Notes: generated by a model not told the origin, from the sequence alone. Shown: positions 1 to 10,827, counted from the stretch's first letter. The stretch is DNA of 52,511 nucleotides from Planctomycetota bacterium (GCA_036479435.1 JAZGFI010000289.1:1-52511); one strand, 5' to 3'. Made by a program: numbers and translations.

Positions 1-137
1 CTCGGTTCCAGCTGGTGGTCGACCTTGGCCGGATGGGATTGGGTACCCATAGGGTTTCGAACAAAGTTTCAGATCTGACTAAGTCATTTCGTACTCCTTG
101 ACTGAGCTTTCCCAGCGCACTGACGCCGTACGAAGGT

Positions 138-1007
138 TTACTTCATGGCTTCGAGCATGACTTTGCCCATGTCGGCGGGGCTTTTGGCGACGGGGACGCC
201 GGCTTTTTCGAGGGCCGTGATCTTGTCGGAGGCTTTGCCGGAGCCGCCGGAGATGATGGCGCCAGCGTGGCCCATGCGTTTGCCGGGAGGGGCGGTTTGG
301 CCAGCGATGAAGGCGGCTACGGGTTTGGTCATGTTCGACTTGATCCACTCGGCGGCTTCTTCTTCGGCGGTGCCGCCGATTTCACCGATCATGATGACCG
401 CTTCGGTGTCGGGGTCGGCGTTGTAGAGCTCGAGCGCGTCGATGAAGTTGGTGCCGTTGATGGGATCACCGCCGATGCCGATGCAGGTCGATTGGCCGAG
501 GTTGAGTTCGGAGAGCTGCCAGACGGCCTCGTAAGTGAGGGTGCCGCTACGAGAAAGAACTCCGACGTTGCCGGGGCGGTGGATGTAGCCGGGCATGATG
601 CCGATCTTGCACTGGCCGGGCGTGATGATGCCGGGGCAGTTGGGACCGATGAGGCGCATGGAAGAGCCTCGGATCGCGTCGCTGACCTTGGCCATATCTA
701 AGACCGGAATGCCCTCGGTGATGCAAACCGCGAGGTCGATGCCCGCGTCCATCGCCTCAAGAATGGCCTCGCCCGCAAAGGGCGGCGGCACATAGATGAC
801 GGTGGCGTCGGCGCCGGTGGCTTCGACAGCTTCACGCATGGTGTCGAAGACGGGGAGATCCAGGCAGGTCGTGCCGCCCCGTCCGGGGGTGCAACCGCCG
901 ACGATCTGCGTGCCGTATTCGATCATTTGTTCGGCGTGGAACTTGCCCGCCGAGCCCGTGATCCCCTGAACGAGGACCTTTGTGTTCTTGTCAACAAGAA
1001 CGCTCAT
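138..1007 (-). CDS. sucD: Succinyl-CoA ligase [ADP-forming] subunit alpha
   Basis: VLVQGITG N-terminus, [24 protein letters not shown] and the phospho-His motif RMGHAGAI; directly downstream of sucC. Confidence 0.98.
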   Translation of the reverse strand: MSVLVDKNTKVLVQGITGSAGKFHAEQMIEYGTQIVGGCTPGRGGTTCLDLPVFDTMREAVEATGADATVIYVPPPFAGEAILEAMDAGIDLAVCITEGIPVLDMAKVSDAIRGSSMRLIGPNCPGIITPGQCKIGIMPGYIHRPGNVGVLSRSGTLTYEAVWQLSELNLGQSTCIGIGGDPINGTNFIDALELYNADPDTEAVIMIGEIGGTAEEEAAEWIKSNMTKPVAAFIAGQTAPPGKRMGHAGAIISGGSGKASDKITALEKAGVPVAKSPADMGKVMLEAMK

Positions 1008-1026
1008 GATGTAATCCTCTTTTCGC

Positions 1027-2187
1027 TCAGGAAACCAGTTTGACGATCTTGTTCGCGGCGTCGGCCATGTCGGTGGCCGTCGTGATGGGAAGGCCGGAGT
1101 TCTCGAGGATCTTACGCCCCTCTTCGACTTCCGTTCCCTCTAAGCGCACCACCAAAGGCACGCTCAAGTTCACGTCTTTGACGGCCTGACAGATCCCGTT
1201 CGCCAAAGTCGTGCAGCGTAAGATGCCGCCGAAGATGTTGACGAGAATGCCCTTCACGTTGGGGTCGGCCAAGATGATCTTGAAGGCCGTCGACACCTGC
1301 TCGGCGGTGGCTCCGCCGCCAACATCTAAAAAGTTGGCAGGGTTGCCGCCGTGATGCTTGATGATGTCCATCGTGCCCATGGCGAGGCCGGCGCCGTTCA
1401 CGAGGCAACCGATGTTGCCGTCGAGCTTGACGTAGGAAAGTCCCGCCTCGGCGGCCTCGATTTCGGTTGGCTCTTCTTCGTCGATGTCGCGAAGCTCCGC
1501 GATCTTTTTCTGACGGAAAAGAGCGTTCTCGTCGAAGTTCATTTTCGCATCGAGCGCGATCAGATCGCCGTCTTTGCTGATGACGAGGGGGTTGATCTCT
1601 GCGAGCGAACAGTCGTTTTGGTTGAAGACGTGGGCCAGCCCCATCAAAAACCTAATGGCGTTGTTGTGCAACTCGGGCGGGATACCCATGCCTTTGGCCA
1701 AGCGGCGCGCCTGGTAGGAACGCAGCCCCGTGACCGGATGGATTTCTTCGGTGAGAATCTTTTCCGGGGTATTGGCGGCGACAACTTCGATGTCCATGCC
1801 GCCTTCGGAAGATGCCATCATCACGCCGCGTTGGGCGTCGCGGTCCATCGCAATCCCGACGTAGAGCTCGGTCTTGATGTCGCTCCCTTTTTCGACGAGG
1901 AGCGTTTTGACCTTTTGGCCCTCGGGACCCGTTTGATGGGTCACGAGATTCTTCGACATGATCTCGCGCGCGGCTGCCACCGCTTCGTCGGCACTCTTCA
2001 CGAGCTTAACGCCGCCGCCCTTTCCGCGACCGCCCGCGTGGATCTGGGCTTTCACGACCGAGACCGGAGTCCCATTGGCGGTGAATGCCTGCCCGGCCTC
2101 TTCCGGATTTTGGCAAACGACGCCTTCCGCGACGGGTAGGCCCAACGCGCGAAGCAGCTCTTTTGCCTGGTATTCATGAATATTCAT
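1027..2187 (-). CDS. sucC: Succinyl-CoA ligase [ADP-forming] subunit beta
   Basis: [52 protein letters not shown] motifs. Confidence 0.98.
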   Translation of the reverse strand: MNIHEYQAKELLRALGLPVAEGVVCQNPEEAGQAFTANGTPVSVVKAQIHAGGRGKGGGVKLVKSADEAVAAAREIMSKNLVTHQTGPEGQKVKTLLVEKGSDIKTELYVGIAMDRDAQRGVMMASSEGGMDIEVVAANTPEKILTEEIHPVTGLRSYQARRLAKGMGIPPELHNNAIRFLMGLAHVFNQNDCSLAEINPLVISKDGDLIALDAKMNFDENALFRQKKIAELRDIDEEEPTEIEAAEAGLSYVKLDGNIGCLVNGAGLAMGTMDIIKHHGGNPANFLDVGGGATAEQVSTAFKIILADPNVKGILVNIFGGILRCTTLANGICQAVKDVNLSVPLVVRLEGTEVEEGRKILENSGLPITTATDMADAANKIVKLVS

Positions 2188-2343
2188 AAGATCTTGATGT
2201 TGCTCACCTTGTGATCGTTCATTGGGGTCATGCGGCCCCAGAACGGGGGTCTCCGCCCGGGTCTCCTCGCATCATCTTGAATGGGGAGGCGGGCTCGGGC
2301 CAAACAATCTAACGACGCAAAGTTAGCATCGCCACCGCAAGCA

Positions 2344-3867
2344 TTAGATCCCGAGTTTGCTGTAGAGCTGCTGAAACTTGGCGATGACGCCTTCATCCGC
2401 CGTCACGTCGACAACACCCGCCCGGTGGATCTTGATGGTGTTGGTGCCACCGCCAAGGATGTTTGAACCGGTGACCAAAACCGCCAATTCGCCGGGCTCG
2501 ACGAGGTTGTTTTCGAAGAGGTGTTTTTCGGCTTTGAAGTAGAGATCGTCGATGCTCTCCGCTTCTTTCATCAACACGGCGTGGATGCCCCAACAAAGCG
2601 CCAAACGTTGAAAGGCCGCCTCGGTGAAGGTCGCGCCGATGATACGGGTGCGCGGCCGAGCAAAGGAGATCTTGAAGCAGGTTCTCCCCGAACTCGAAAA
2701 CGCCACGATCATCTTGGCGCCCAGCTCGCGAGCCGCCACGGCCGCGGCATGCACCGTCGCATCAGCGACATCGCCACCCGAATCCATTTCGATGCGCCCC
2801 ATCGAACGCTCATAGATGGCACTTTGCTCGGTGAACAGCGCGATATCCGTCATCGCGGCCACGGCACCGACGGGGTGTTTTCCGACGGCTGTTTCGCCGG
2901 ACAGCATCACCGCATCGGTGCCGTCGAGGATCGCGTTCGCGACATCGGAAGTCTCCGCGCGCGTCGGGCGCGGGTTTTCGATCATGCTCTCGAGCATTTG
3001 GGTGGCGGTGATCACAATGCGGCCGCGTTCGCGAGCGGCGCTGATGATCTCTTTTTGCATCACCGGCAACTGTTCGCTTGGGACCTCAACGCCCAAGTCG
3101 CCGCGCGCCACCATGATGCCCTCTGACGCCGCGACGATCTCTTTTAGGTGAACGAGCGCCTCGGGTTTTTCGATCTTGGCGATGATGGCGGGGTCGTAAC
3201 CCAACTTCCGCACGGTGTTGCGCAGGTGCCGCACATCATCGGCGTGCCTTACGAATGAAAGAGCGACGAAGTCAACGCCAAGCGTCATGCCGAATTCAAG
3301 GTCGCGATAGTCTTTGGGAGTCATCGACGGCGTCGAGACGTTAACGCCGGGAAGGTTGATGCCCTTGTTCGCCCGTAAGATACCGCCGCAGACAATCTCG
3401 CAAACCAATTCGTCTTCGGTTTTGGTCTTGCAGCGCAACTCAAGGTTGCCGTCGTCCAACAAGATGCGGTCGCCCACTCCCACATCGCTAACGAGGTTTT
3501 TGTAGGTCGTCGCGATGATGCCTGGCTCGGACTCTTTGGCGAGTGTCGAAACGCGGATTTCTTCGCCACTCTCTAGTAAGACCGGCTTCCCGTCTTTCAA
3601 TGCCGCGGTGCGAATTTTTGGCCCCTGGAGATCCTGCATGATGGCAATCGGGACACCCAAACGCTCTGAGACTCGCCGCACGCGCTCAACGCTGCGGCGG
3701 TGGTCTTCGTGTTCACCGTGAGAGAAGTTCAATCGGAAGGCGTTCGCACCGGCCTCTACCAAAGCCTGAATCATGGCTTCGCTAGATGAGGCCGGGCCGA
3801 GGGTGGCGAGGATGCGCGTTTTGGCCATCGGACCGAAAGGCGGCCATGGCGTGGGTTTGGATTCCAT
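2344..3867 (-). CDS. pyk: Pyruvate kinase
   Basis: TRILATLGPAS, RLNFSHG, DLQGPKIR, IIAKIEK, MVARGDLGVE, ATQMLESM, DAVMLSGETA; start taken at ATG 3867 (ORF track starts at 3936), so the start is uncertain. Confidence 0.97.
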   Translation of the reverse strand: MESKPTPWPPFGPMAKTRILATLGPASSSEAMIQALVEAGANAFRLNFSHGEHEDHRRSVERVRRVSERLGVPIAIMQDLQGPKIRTAALKDGKPVLLESGEEIRVSTLAKESEPGIIATTYKNLVSDVGVGDRILLDDGNLELRCKTKTEDELVCEIVCGGILRANKGINLPGVNVSTPSMTPKDYRDLEFGMTLGVDFVALSFVRHADDVRHLRNTVRKLGYDPAIIAKIEKPEALVHLKEIVAASEGIMVARGDLGVEVPSEQLPVMQKEIISAARERGRIVITATQMLESMIENPRPTRAETSDVANAILDGTDAVMLSGETAVGKHPVGAVAAMTDIALFTEQSAIYERSMGRIEMDSGGDVADATVHAAAVAARELGAKMIVAFSSSGRTCFKISFARPRTRIIGATFTEAAFQRLALCWGIHAVLMKEAESIDDLYFKAEKHLFENNLVEPGELAVLVTGSNILGGGTNTIKIHRAGVVDVTADEGVIAKFQQLYSKLGI

Positions 3868-3989
3868 GAAGGCAAGATAAGGCTTCGGCTTAGGCCCGCC
3901 AAGCCCCGCCAAGATTTGCGGCGGCGGCGGGAACACGCCGGTGCGAAGGTCGGTTCAGCCGGGAAGCTTCATCGCGCTCGGACTTGCCA

Positions 3990-5138
3990 TTAACTACCGA
4001 TCAGCCGGCCTTTATTGAGTCGCCACCATTCCTGCAATTCACGAACTTTCGTGAGGATAATGCCGCGGTCGGCGGCGGCGTCGAGTTTTACTTTGCTGCC
4101 CGTCAGCTTTCCCAGGCTGTCGATGGCCTTTTCGCGAATGAAGATGTTGTCGTGCTTCAACAACTCAATGATGCTCGGAATGGACCACTGCGCGCTCATC
4201 GCGGCGAGGCTGTCCAGGGCGGCGGTAACGACGTAGTCTGATTTGTCGCCGAAAGTACCCACGAGCGCTTCTTCTGCGTGGCGATTGCGAATCGCGGGCT
4301 CAAGCTCTGAAAACCAAGAGACGGCCGCGAAGCGCTTAGCCGGCTGCGAGGAGCTGATCTCGAGCAAGACCTGATCGAGCTGTTTTCTCTGGGCATCGCT
4401 CAAGACGGTATCGACGTGCTTGTCCGCATTGGCGGCAGACCCACTGCCTTCCACGCGGCGCGAACCCGCCTTGAGGATCTCTGACCCGACTTCTTCGACG
4501 TAGGCCATGCGCTCGTCGAGGTGGCGTTGGCGGTCGCGAATGGCATCGAGATCCGTGCTGATTTTTTGCAGGTCGGACACCACGTTTTCGCCAAAGGCCT
4601 GGTCGAGTCGAGCGATGTCGTTTTCGAGCCGAGTCCCAAGCTCTTCGAGAGTCTGTGTTTCGCGTTTGCGTTCGGAGCGCAACTCGTCCCCAAACTGGGA
4701 CAGGCTATGGCGCACTTGGCGGAGGGCCTCGGCGTTTTCTGATATCGCCCGCGTTGCGGTCGCGTATTTCCCCACCTTTCCCTCGCGGCCGGTTGATTCG
4801 TCAAATTCGGCTTCGACGGCGCCGAGTCGGTTAGCAAAAGACTCGCGCAAGGTGCCCAATTGACTCTCCAAAGCCTCGACCCGACTCGAGGTTGACTTGT
4901 GGTCGCCACGCTGCAAAAGCGTATCGCCCCACACTGCCATGATGCCCATGCCGAGCCCGAGGCAAAGCAGCATCCCCAGGCCGATCGTTGGAACATTCAG
5001 GCCCGAGGTTGAAGTCGTCTTGGGTGTCGGCGCGCAGTCATTGCAAAAGATCTTGCCCTGATCGATGGTGATCTTGTTGGAATTGATGTCAGAGAGCGGG
5101 ATGCTCTCGTTGCATTCGTCGCAGAAATAAATCTTCAT
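3990..5138 (-). CDS. Membrane-anchored protein: N-terminal Zn-ribbon, TM helix, coiled coil, C-terminal HEAT repeats
   Basis: CDEC...CNDC pairs, hydrophobic IGLGMLLCLGLGMGIMAVW, long heptad-rich segment, HEAT-like VVTAALDSLAAM and IREKAIDSLGKLTG, terminal WW motif. Confidence 0.7.
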   Translation of the reverse strand: MKIYFCDECNESIPLSDINSNKITIDQGKIFCNDCAPTPKTTSTSGLNVPTIGLGMLLCLGLGMGIMAVWGDTLLQRGDHKSTSSRVEALESQLGTLRESFANRLGAVEAEFDESTGREGKVGKYATATRAISENAEALRQVRHSLSQFGDELRSERKRETQTLEELGTRLENDIARLDQAFGENVVSDLQKISTDLDAIRDRQRHLDERMAYVEEVGSEILKAGSRRVEGSGSAANADKHVDTVLSDAQRKQLDQVLLEISSSQPAKRFAAVSWFSELEPAIRNRHAEEALVGTFGDKSDYVVTAALDSLAAMSAQWSIPSIIELLKHDNIFIREKAIDSLGKLTGSKVKLDAAADRGIILTKVRELQEWWRLNKGRLIGS

Positions 5139-5222
5139 TCCGTCGCCTTTCTAGCCGCCGTTGGCACGCTCCCCCCCGGACCGGCCAGTATAGCCGCCCC
5201 AGCGCAGATTCCCCCAAATACG

Positions 5223-6065
5223 TTAATTCCGCACTTCGGACGTGCGAGATCGCACCGCAGATTCTTCGTCGATCAGTGCGCCACCCTCGCCGGGCCCCGC
5301 GGCCGGGCGCGATTTCGGCCGCAACCTCGTTCCCAAGGTTCCCTTCCAACCGCGGGCGTCCATCCAACGGACGGCCAAGCAGTCGCGAAGAGAACGAAAA
5401 AGTCGATTGCGGATGCCGTACTTGCTCAAACCGCCGTAACGCGGGCGATGTCGGACGATCATCTCGGAGGAGGTCCAGCCTTGCCGGTGGGCCAAGCTGA
5501 TGTAGAAACGGTGCATTCCCTCAAAGTAGGGCAAAGTCGCTAAGACCTCGGCGCGGAACACCTTGAGGGGGCATCCGGTGTCGTGGATCGACTCGCCAAG
5601 GATGAAGTTTCGAACGGCATTGGCGATGCGCGTCGAAAACCGCTTCGACCAAGGATCGCAACGCTCCTTGCGCCAGCCATAGACCAGGTCGACACCGTCG
5701 CGTTCAAGCTGGTTGAGCATCTCTGGCAGGTCACGGGGGTCGATTTGGAGATCGCCATCCAAGGTCGCGACGAGGCGGCCCCGCGCCGCGCGGAACCCAA
5801 GCGCGAAAGCCGCTGACTGCCCCTTGTTCTCGGCACAGGTCAAAATCTTCAAGTTCGGATAGCGGCGCGCTGAAGCCGCAAGATGCGTGGCGGTGTCGTC
5901 GGTCGAGCCGTCGTCGACCGCAATGACTTCCACCCCATAGGGCAAATCCACCACGATCGGATCGAGCTCTGCAAACAGAGCCCGGACGTTCCCCTCTTCG
6001 TTGAAGAAGGGAATGACGAGGGATAATTCCGGTTCGGTTGGAAAGTTAGACGTCCTCACTCGCAC
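5223..6065 (-). CDS. Glycosyltransferase family 2 (polyprenol-phosphate glycosyltransferase-like)
   Basis: LSLVIPFFNEE, VDDGSTD, NKGQSAA, TLDGDLQ, DTGCPLK, GMHRF, HRPRYGGLSKYG. Confidence 0.9.
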   Translation of the reverse strand: MRVRTSNFPTEPELSLVIPFFNEEGNVRALFAELDPIVVDLPYGVEVIAVDDGSTDDTATHLAASARRYPNLKILTCAENKGQSAAFALGFRAARGRLVATLDGDLQIDPRDLPEMLNQLERDGVDLVYGWRKERCDPWSKRFSTRIANAVRNFILGESIHDTGCPLKVFRAEVLATLPYFEGMHRFYISLAHRQGWTSSEMIVRHRPRYGGLSKYGIRNRLFRSLRDCLAVRWMDARGWKGTLGTRLRPKSRPAAGPGEGGALIDEESAVRSRTSEVRN

Positions 6066-6113
6066 ATGTTGAGCAATCTCGGCGATCTAGGAAAGCGAGA
6101 AAGCTCAGACCGG

Positions 6114-6215
6114 TTAGGACGATTGACGGTGGTCTCTCAATGCTTCCCAAAAAGCGTAGAGCACCACGAAAAGCGACAGCGCCCATATCAGGGCCATCCA
6201 GTGCAGAAACCCCAT
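6114..6215 (-). CDS. Putative 33-aa single-TM microprotein (MGFLHWMALIWALSLFVVLYAFWEALRDHRQSS)
   Basis: Read by hand: ATG at 6215, TAA at 6114-6116, GAGGA 5 nt upstream, one hydrophobic helix followed by a charged tail; same strand as its neighbours; too short for the ORF track. Confidence 0.6.
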   Translation of the reverse strand: MGFLHWMALIWALSLFVVLYAFWEALRDHRQSS

Positions 6216-6305
6216 GGGTATCCTCAATTGTGCCGGGCGACGCCCCAATTCTGACACGGCCTTCGCGCCATTCCTCGGGAATCAGCCGAAATTCCGCAGC
6301 CGGGC

Positions 6306-6944
6306 TTAGTTTTTCTCGCTGCGCACCATGAGCCGGCCCTTTTCACCCTCCCACCACGACTGCCAGCGTTGCAAGGCCGCATGACGGGTCGCGGCCGGGG
6401 CCGAGAATTCGTAGCCGAAGTTCTTTCCGGTGCCCTGGCGCAAGGCCTGGACGGCCTTGTAGCGAAAGGGCTTATCCTTCGCCTCGAGGAAGTTCATCAG
6501 CACGGGAATGGCGGCCATGTCACCGTGGTGCAAAAGCCCTGCGGCTGCTTCGTAGCGCACGACGTTGTCCTCGTCGTCCAGATAACGAACGAGAGTCTCA
6601 CCGGCGGGTCCCGACCTCGCAAAACCAAGGACGTAGAGCATGCTGGCCTGCGTCCGCGGGGCGGATTCCGGGATGCGCTCCACGATCTGAGGCACCGCGA
6701 GCTCACGGATCTTCACGAGAAATTGAATCTCACGCAGCAAGGCGCTGCCGCGCCGATAGTCCAGCGCCGCCAACGACTTCTTGATGCGCTCTTCCATCGC
6801 ATTGATTTTGACAATGGGCTGATCGAGCTTCGCAGCCTGCTCGTCCGTCAAGGTAATACCGTCTTGAGTGACGGTCGACGTACAGGCGAAAGTGCACATC
6901 AGTAGGGCCACTAGGGTCCCAAAGTGAAGAATTCGAACGGTCAT
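6306..6944 (-). CDS. HEAT-repeat lipoprotein
   Basis: Signal peptide ending in lipobox-like TFAC; HEAT-like VVRYEAAAGL and FRYKAVQAL; C-terminal WQSWW; ATG 6944 has GGAG upstream. Confidence 0.75.
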   Translation of the reverse strand: MTVRILHFGTLVALLMCTFACTSTVTQDGITLTDEQAAKLDQPIVKINAMEERIKKSLAALDYRRGSALLREIQFLVKIRELAVPQIVERIPESAPRTQASMLYVLGFARSGPAGETLVRYLDDEDNVVRYEAAAGLLHHGDMAAIPVLMNFLEAKDKPFRYKAVQALRQGTGKNFGYEFSAPAATRHAALQRWQSWWEGEKGRLMVRSEKN

Positions 6945-7067
6945 GACCTGCGACTCCGATCCGCGTAAACCTCTGGTGGCACCACAGTCAGGTCGACGGG
7001 TGTCCTCCAAGTAGATCGGTCATTGCATGAATATTCTTGAGCGCGAAGAAGGAACGAAAGACCTATA

Positions 7068-9554
7068 TCAGCGGCCGCGAGCTCGAAAAACAAGGTCCAC
7101 CGCAAAAACCAAGAGCGCCAAACCCAAAAGCCAGTAGGGGAAAGAGCTGGGAGGCCTTTTGGAGCCGCGGCGGGATAGCTGGTCCAAAAAAGCCGCAGAA
7201 AGCTCCAAGTCAGGCCTCAAGGTGCGGTCATCGAGCCGGACGGGAGGGGGTAAAAGACGCCCCAGGACGACGCCATCGGCGCTGAGTATCCGCAAAAACT
7301 GAAGAGGGCCGGCCTCGGCCGTCTCAAGATCCCCGGCGGCGAGGATTCCGCTGGAGTAACGATGCGCGCCCACACGAGCGAGCGGCCACTCCTTTGAGCC
7401 GAGCGCCAGCCGCGCCGGGCCTCGTGCTGCCTTCTGCATGCGGCTCGGGCTCAGCCCTTTTAGCTCCAGACGAAAACCCCAAGCCTCTGGCCGCCGCTTG
7501 AGGCTCCACGAACCGGCTTGGCCCTCGCCACCATCCCTCGCGAACTGCTGCAACCACGTGCCGAAGGAATCCATGTCACCAAAGAGCGCGGCGAGATTTT
7601 TTGGATCACAGACGATGGGCATCGCGGCCACTAAGCCCGCCCCTATCCGATGCGAAGCCAGGGCGATGCGGTCCTCAGCGGCCGCCGAACGTATCCGCAC
7701 TCCGGGCCGAGCGCGCGTCCGCAGCAGGCGCGCGAGGCTAAGCTCGCCCTGTCCGTCGACGCGGGGCAACACCAGTGGCCCCACCACAAGATCGCGACGT
7801 GACCGCGTCAAAAAGGCCCGGGTGAGCGAACTAAAGTCATCGACTTCAATCAGTTCACCCCCGGTTTGCGCGGCGAGCTGTACCAGCTTGCTTCGACTTC
7901 GCTCGTCGCGGTCGAACCAAAACACGAACACCCGCAGTTTCAGCACTTGCGCCCGCGCAATCCAAGCCTGCCATCTTTTGTCATCGCGAAAGGCGGCTTC
8001 GTCGCGCATGTCCGACAGCAAAAACAAAGACGCCGCGGACTTCGGCGGCCGCGATTCGGCGAGGGCCAAATCCAAAGCTTGCGCCAAATCCGTGCCGCCG
8101 CGAACGAGCACTTTGCCCAGATCTTTGTTGAGTTTCAGACCGTCGTTAGGCCCGTAAGTCGCCTCTCGGGTCTCGTCGGCGAAGGTCAAAAGCTGCAAGA
8201 GGTCGCGAGACCGGAGCTGTGCGGCCAACGATTGCACCGCCCGTGCTGCGGCGCGAAAGCGGCCGTCTCGGGCCATGCTGCCGGAGCGATCCAAGGCGAC
8301 CGTGAGGTGCTGCGGCCCCTCCCCGGGATCGGCGAGAAGGGGCGATAAGGCCTCGAGTTCTGACCCGGTCCAGCCACCCAGTCCGAAGGCTTGCTCGGCG
8401 CCGCCCAATACCAAGGCACCACCAGCCTCCACGAAGGCACGCAAGCTGCGATCGATGCCTTGACTTTTCGCGGTTTCGGCGTCGAGGTCGAGGACCATCG
8501 CGACATCGGCCCGAGCCAAAGTGTTGACTCCGATACTGACGTCGACGGCAACCTTGGTCGCAGCCATGGCCGCGGCCAAGGAGGAAAGATTGTCGCCAAT
8601 GAGCGTCAGCGAAAGCCGGCCCTTTGGGGCTCGAATGGGAATCTGTACGCGCTCTAGACTGCGGTCTTCATCGAAGCTCTCGTGCCCGGCCAGATAGACA
8701 CCGAGGGTCGCTCGCTGGAGTCGGGATGCTGGAACGTTGATTGACACCACGAGCGAAGGCAGGCCAGGAGAGAATTCGGCGCGCTGTCTTGCGCCACCTT
8801 CGACCACTAGGTCAAAAACGCGCGTCTTTTGAACGCCACCAAACACCTCGATTTCAATGTCGACGAAGGCCGTCTCAGAGGCCGGTCGCAACAAAAATGA
8901 TGTGCGTGCCCGGAGGCTGAGATTTTCGGGCGCGAGCTTTTGGGCCGCAGCGATCGTGATGGCGCCAAAGTTCGGAAGTTTGCTTAGGGCCGCCAGGGGC
9001 CCAAAATCAAAACCGCCATCGCTCGCCACGCGCAAGTCGACCACCGCGTCGTCTGGAACCTTCGACGCCAACTGCTCGATGGCGCCCGCGAGATTGAAAC
9101 TTGCCCGATTCTCGGCAGATTCCATCGCCGCCGGCAAGGCGCCCTCGGGATTGAAGGAAAACGGCGGACCGTCGTAGATCAGCTGCGATCGGCGCCCCGC
9201 CGCAATGACCACGAGCCTCTCTGCGCCCTCCGCGGCAAAAATCTCGGGCGGCTGCCGCGACCAAGCTCGATGCCCACGGCTGCGACTGAGGTCGACGATG
9301 ACGGCTTGAACGCGCTGTGCACGCGAGGAACCCACGCTCTGCAACCCACCGGGCCAAAACACCAATGCCAAGGTCGCAATCAGCAAGATGCCTGCGAGAA
9401 CTCGGCCCCGGCGAATGCCGTCGTCGCGCCAGCGCATGGCGAAGGCGTAGGTCGCCAACAAGGTGATCGGAACCAGCAACCACCATTCGCTGAGGTTCGA
9501 TAAAGAACCCGTCGCCACAAAAAAGGACGCCAAATGGGGTTTTTGCGCCCTCAA
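7068..9554 (-). CDS. Membrane-anchored vWA-domain protein with a central GATase-like segment
   Basis: MIDAS motif LDRSGSM, GGTDL, LFLLSD; FVEAGGALVLGG (GATase1-like); N- and C-terminal TM helices; 4-nt overlap with the mnmA stop. Confidence 0.75.
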   Translation of the reverse strand: MRAQKPHLASFFVATGSLSNLSEWWLLVPITLLATYAFAMRWRDDGIRRGRVLAGILLIATLALVFWPGGLQSVGSSRAQRVQAVIVDLSRSRGHRAWSRQPPEIFAAEGAERLVVIAAGRRSQLIYDGPPFSFNPEGALPAAMESAENRASFNLAGAIEQLASKVPDDAVVDLRVASDGGFDFGPLAALSKLPNFGAITIAAAQKLAPENLSLRARTSFLLRPASETAFVDIEIEVFGGVQKTRVFDLVVEGGARQRAEFSPGLPSLVVSINVPASRLQRATLGVYLAGHESFDEDRSLERVQIPIRAPKGRLSLTLIGDNLSSLAAAMAATKVAVDVSIGVNTLARADVAMVLDLDAETAKSQGIDRSLRAFVEAGGALVLGGAEQAFGLGGWTGSELEALSPLLADPGEGPQHLTVALDRSGSMARDGRFRAAARAVQSLAAQLRSRDLLQLLTFADETREATYGPNDGLKLNKDLGKVLVRGGTDLAQALDLALAESRPPKSAASLFLLSDMRDEAAFRDDKRWQAWIARAQVLKLRVFVFWFDRDERSRSKLVQLAAQTGGELIEVDDFSSLTRAFLTRSRRDLVVGPLVLPRVDGQGELSLARLLRTRARPGVRIRSAAAEDRIALASHRIGAGLVAAMPIVCDPKNLAALFGDMDSFGTWLQQFARDGGEGQAGSWSLKRRPEAWGFRLELKGLSPSRMQKAARGPARLALGSKEWPLARVGAHRYSSGILAAGDLETAEAGPLQFLRILSADGVVLGRLLPPPVRLDDRTLRPDLELSAAFLDQLSRRGSKRPPSSFPYWLLGLALLVFAVDLVFRARGR

Positions 9555-10657
9555 GCGGAAAGGGCTCCGGTGAGCGGAGTATCGATGAAGCCGCCGAACA
9601 AGACTGCGTCATCCTCGTAGAAAACAGCCGCCTGCCCCGGGGTCACCGCGCGGATCGGCTCATCGAAGAGAATCTCCACCTGGCCACTGGCGACCAAACG
9701 GGCTCGGGCCGGAACGGGCTCTGCCGCTGAACGGACTTTCACCGCTCCGGTGATTTGCTCCCCCACCTTGAGTCCGGCAAGGCCACCCCAAGTGAGCTGG
9801 CTCATCTCTAGGCCTTGGCCGGCGAGATGCTCGGCGCCGCCAATGACAACGAGGTTTTCAGCGGCGCGAATTTCGACCACGTAGATCGGGTCCTTAAATC
9901 CGCCGCCAAGCCCCTTGCGTTGACCGATGGTGTAAAGCTGATGACCTTCGTGCGGGCCAATGTCCTGACCGTCGACGTCGATAATGCGGCCTGGCTTTAG
10001 ACTCTCGGGGTTGCGCTGGCGCAGCAAGTTGCCGTAGTCGTTGTCGGGGACGAAGCAGATTTCTTGGCTGTCGGGTTTGTCGCCCACCGGCAGACCGAAG
10101 CGATGCGCTTCCGCGCGGACTTCCGCTTTGGTCATGTTACCCAAGGGCAAGAGCGTGCGGCTTAACTGCGACTGGTCGAGGGGAAATAGGACATAAGATT
10201 GATCTTTTTGGCGATCGGCGGCACGAGCCACCGAGAGACGACCGCGGTGCTCGACGATCCGCCCGTAGTGTCCCGTGGCGATTTTACTGGCGCCGACTTC
10301 ATCCGCGTACTCGATGAGGCGGCCAAACTTAAGATCGCGGTTACAAAGAATACAGGGATTGGGCGTTCGTCCCCGGTCGTACTCGTCGACAAAATAGTCG
10401 ATGATCTTGCCGAACTCGCGCTTGAAGTTCACGGCAAAAAACGGGACGTCAAGGAGCGCCGCGACGCGGCGCGCATCCATCGAGTCGTCGAGGGAGCAAC
10501 AGCCCTGCTTGCCCTTTTTGGCGGCGTCACCCGCCACGACTCCGTTGCGCATGAACAAGCCGATCACATCGTGGCCGGCCTCTGCCAGCAACGCGGCGAC
10601 GACGCTGGAGTCGACCCCGCCGCTCATGGCCACGACGATGCGTTCAGATTCAGCCAT
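9551..10657 (-). CDS. mnmA: tRNA-specific 2-thiouridylase MnmA
   Basis: VAMSGGVDSS PP-loop, TPNPCILCN, IATGHY, KDQSYVL, DSQEICF, YTIGQRKG, TPGQAAVFY; ATG 10657 has AGGAG upstream. Confidence 0.97.
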   Translation of the reverse strand: MAESERIVVAMSGGVDSSVVAALLAEAGHDVIGLFMRNGVVAGDAAKKGKQGCCSLDDSMDARRVAALLDVPFFAVNFKREFGKIIDYFVDEYDRGRTPNPCILCNRDLKFGRLIEYADEVGASKIATGHYGRIVEHRGRLSVARAADRQKDQSYVLFPLDQSQLSRTLLPLGNMTKAEVRAEAHRFGLPVGDKPDSQEICFVPDNDYGNLLRQRNPESLKPGRIIDVDGQDIGPHEGHQLYTIGQRKGLGGGFKDPIYVVEIRAAENLVVIGGAEHLAGQGLEMSQLTWGGLAGLKVGEQITGAVKVRSAAEPVPARARLVASGQVEILFDEPIRAVTPGQAAVFYEDDAVLFGGFIDTPLTGALSA

Positions 10658-10827
10658 CTTGATACTCCTGCTCTCGCCTTGAGAGCCCTGGGCCTTGCCG
10701 GGGATAAACAAAACCCCACCAGACAAGTTAATAATTTGGGACTTCGGCGGCAAATCCCCAGCTTGAGACGCCGAATGCCCCTGCCTACAATCTCGCCCCT
10801 CACCCTCCTAACGAAGGATTTACCGTC

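Noticed and set aside
5162..5176. Sigma-54 promoter (TGGCACG)
   Set aside because: No TTGC at the -12 position, and it faces away from the local genes
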